From Clostridia bacterium (GTDB lineage Bacteria; Bacillota; Peptococcia; DRI-13; UBA5745), in NCBI GenBank assembly GCA_018436095.1, contig JAHDMJ010000018.1, forward strand, positions 258,434 through 322,433: DNA of 64,000 nucleotides. The letters are read 5' to 3'. The notes beneath the pieces are model-generated. The model was not told the DNA's origin. It was given only the letters and a program-made list of their open reading frames with translations, and ran no database searches. Position numbers and translations under genes: made by a program. Below, piece after piece: positions 63,481-64,000 of this stretch. The stretch's first letter is position 1. Each line of letters starts with the position of its first letter.

Positions 63481-63669
63481 GACCGTTACCGGCGGCGAAA
63501 AACCGCCCTGTCCATAAGGGATACAGGTATAGAAATGGCGGCGGAAGACGCCAAGCGGGTATTTGAACCATTTTTTCGCGGCGATCAGGCCTGCATCAGG
63601 CAAATCCCCGGTAACGGCCTGGGGATGTCCATTATAGGCGCCGGCACGAAAGTCACGGTGATTCTGTAA
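63481..63669 (+). pseudogene. 3' remnant of a sensor histidine kinase gene (HATPase_c end only)
   Basis: Translates to ...LSIRDTGIEMAAEDAKRVFEPFFRGDQA...GNGLGMSII GAGTKVTVIL*. An in-frame TAA lies at 63478-63480, and no HisKA or sensor region lies upstream. Confidence 0.6.
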
Positions 63670-63749
63670 TATTATAAAAGGAAAGAAAGAGAGCTGGCCT
63701 TTTCGGTCAGCTCTCTGCTGTTTAGTTTCCTATACCCCGCTTCTCAAGA

Positions 63750-64000
63750 CTAGGCCTCCAAAACCTCCAAAATAGGATCGATGATTTTCTGCTGCATGAC
63801 GTCGATGAAGCCGTAGTCGGTGACGGCAAAATCGGGAATAGCCGCCAGGCAAATGAAGCAAAGGAACATGAAGGGAATGGGAATCTCCGTACCCATGGCT
63901 TTGGCCACCCGGTTTAGCTCCCGTTTTTTCTCGGCCAATTCCTTTAAAGGCAGATCGCTGAGCAGGCCGCAGATGGGATAAGCCAGTTCCGCCGCCACTT
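63750..64000 (-). CDS. C-terminal part of a larger protein (adenine-deaminase-C-terminal-like?), 5' end outside window
   Basis: Frame is open to the window edge. FLCFICLAAIPDFAVTDYGFIDV resembles the ...LSFLALPVIP.LKLTD.GL.DV ending of adenine deaminases. Weak call. Confidence 0.35.
   Translation of the reverse strand, partial: VAAELAYPICGLLSDLPLKELAEKKRELNRVAKAMGTEIPIPFMFLCFICLAAIPDFAVTDYGFIDVMQQKIIDPILEVLEA

Noticed and set aside
63351-63566. 71-aa + strand ORF between fic and the kinase remnant
   Set aside because: It starts inside the fic promoter/RBS region and gives a Pro/Ala/Leu-rich low-complexity translation. It is out of frame with the recognisable HATPase_c remnant that it overlaps.
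47000-64000. Intact genomic island or prophage with defined ends
   Set aside because: I found no integrase, recombinase, transposase, tRNA target or flanking direct repeats. Only the compositional shift and the gene stumps support an accessory origin.

Overview
This is a 64-kb chromosomal window from what looks like an anaerobic Gram-positive bacterium. That inference rests on rubrerythrin, a CtsR-box clpB, a sigma-54 enhancer-binding protein, UPF0182 and a Cu-amine-oxidase-N type stalk domain; the taxon cannot be proven without a database search. I support about 56 genes or gene fragments and recognised no rRNA, tRNA, CRISPR array, transposase or integrase. All family calls come from motifs read by eye, with no searches run. 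Roughly nt 1-47,000 is mostly core. It holds an AGCS symporter, xpaC/telA-like genes, a LemA-like/TPM pair, rubrerythrin, map, UPF0182, an MFS transporter, trmB, rsmF-like and ttcA-like genes, clpB, a DUF815 ATPase, aspartate kinase, pyruvate carboxylase and an EamA transporter. It continues with a sigma-54 activator, a YqjD/YqjE-like trio, ddh, a livJHMGF-type ABC system, a 1749-aa secreted protein with two M14 carboxypeptidase modules, dapF and ltaE. Three unusually long gene-free gaps (17.6-18.1, 28.9-30.2 and 44.3-44.7 kb) share one family of ~24-nt cores, laid out as forward then reverse arrays with a 40-41-bp period. Roughly nt 47,000-64,000 looks AT-richer by hand counts and is mosaic. 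It begins with an operon of a V4R protein, three SPFH (HflK/C-like) paralogs and a P1B-type ATPase. Next comes a redox island: DUF3793-flavodoxin, an XRE-HTH fused to a desulfoferrodoxin-like domain, a fused AAA(MoxR/NorQ-like)-vWA protein, a degenerate GIY-YIG-like protein, and DUF1858-DUF438(hemerythrin/PAS)-SDR. The window ends in a ~3.3-kb cassette (MerR/TipA-like, XRE plus membrane protein, class III Fic) bounded by ABC-transporter and histidine-kinase gene fragments. Best candidates for something undescribed: (1) the SPFH x3 + P-type ATPase + V4R operon; (2) the HTH-desulfoferrodoxin-like / AAA-vWA / GIY-YIG-like cassette, which sits between two operons sharing a 16-bp palindromic operator; (3) the dispersed 40-41-bp-periodic inverted repeat arrays; (4) the tandemly duplicated M14 surface peptidase embedded in a ddh/liv/dapF neighbourhood.
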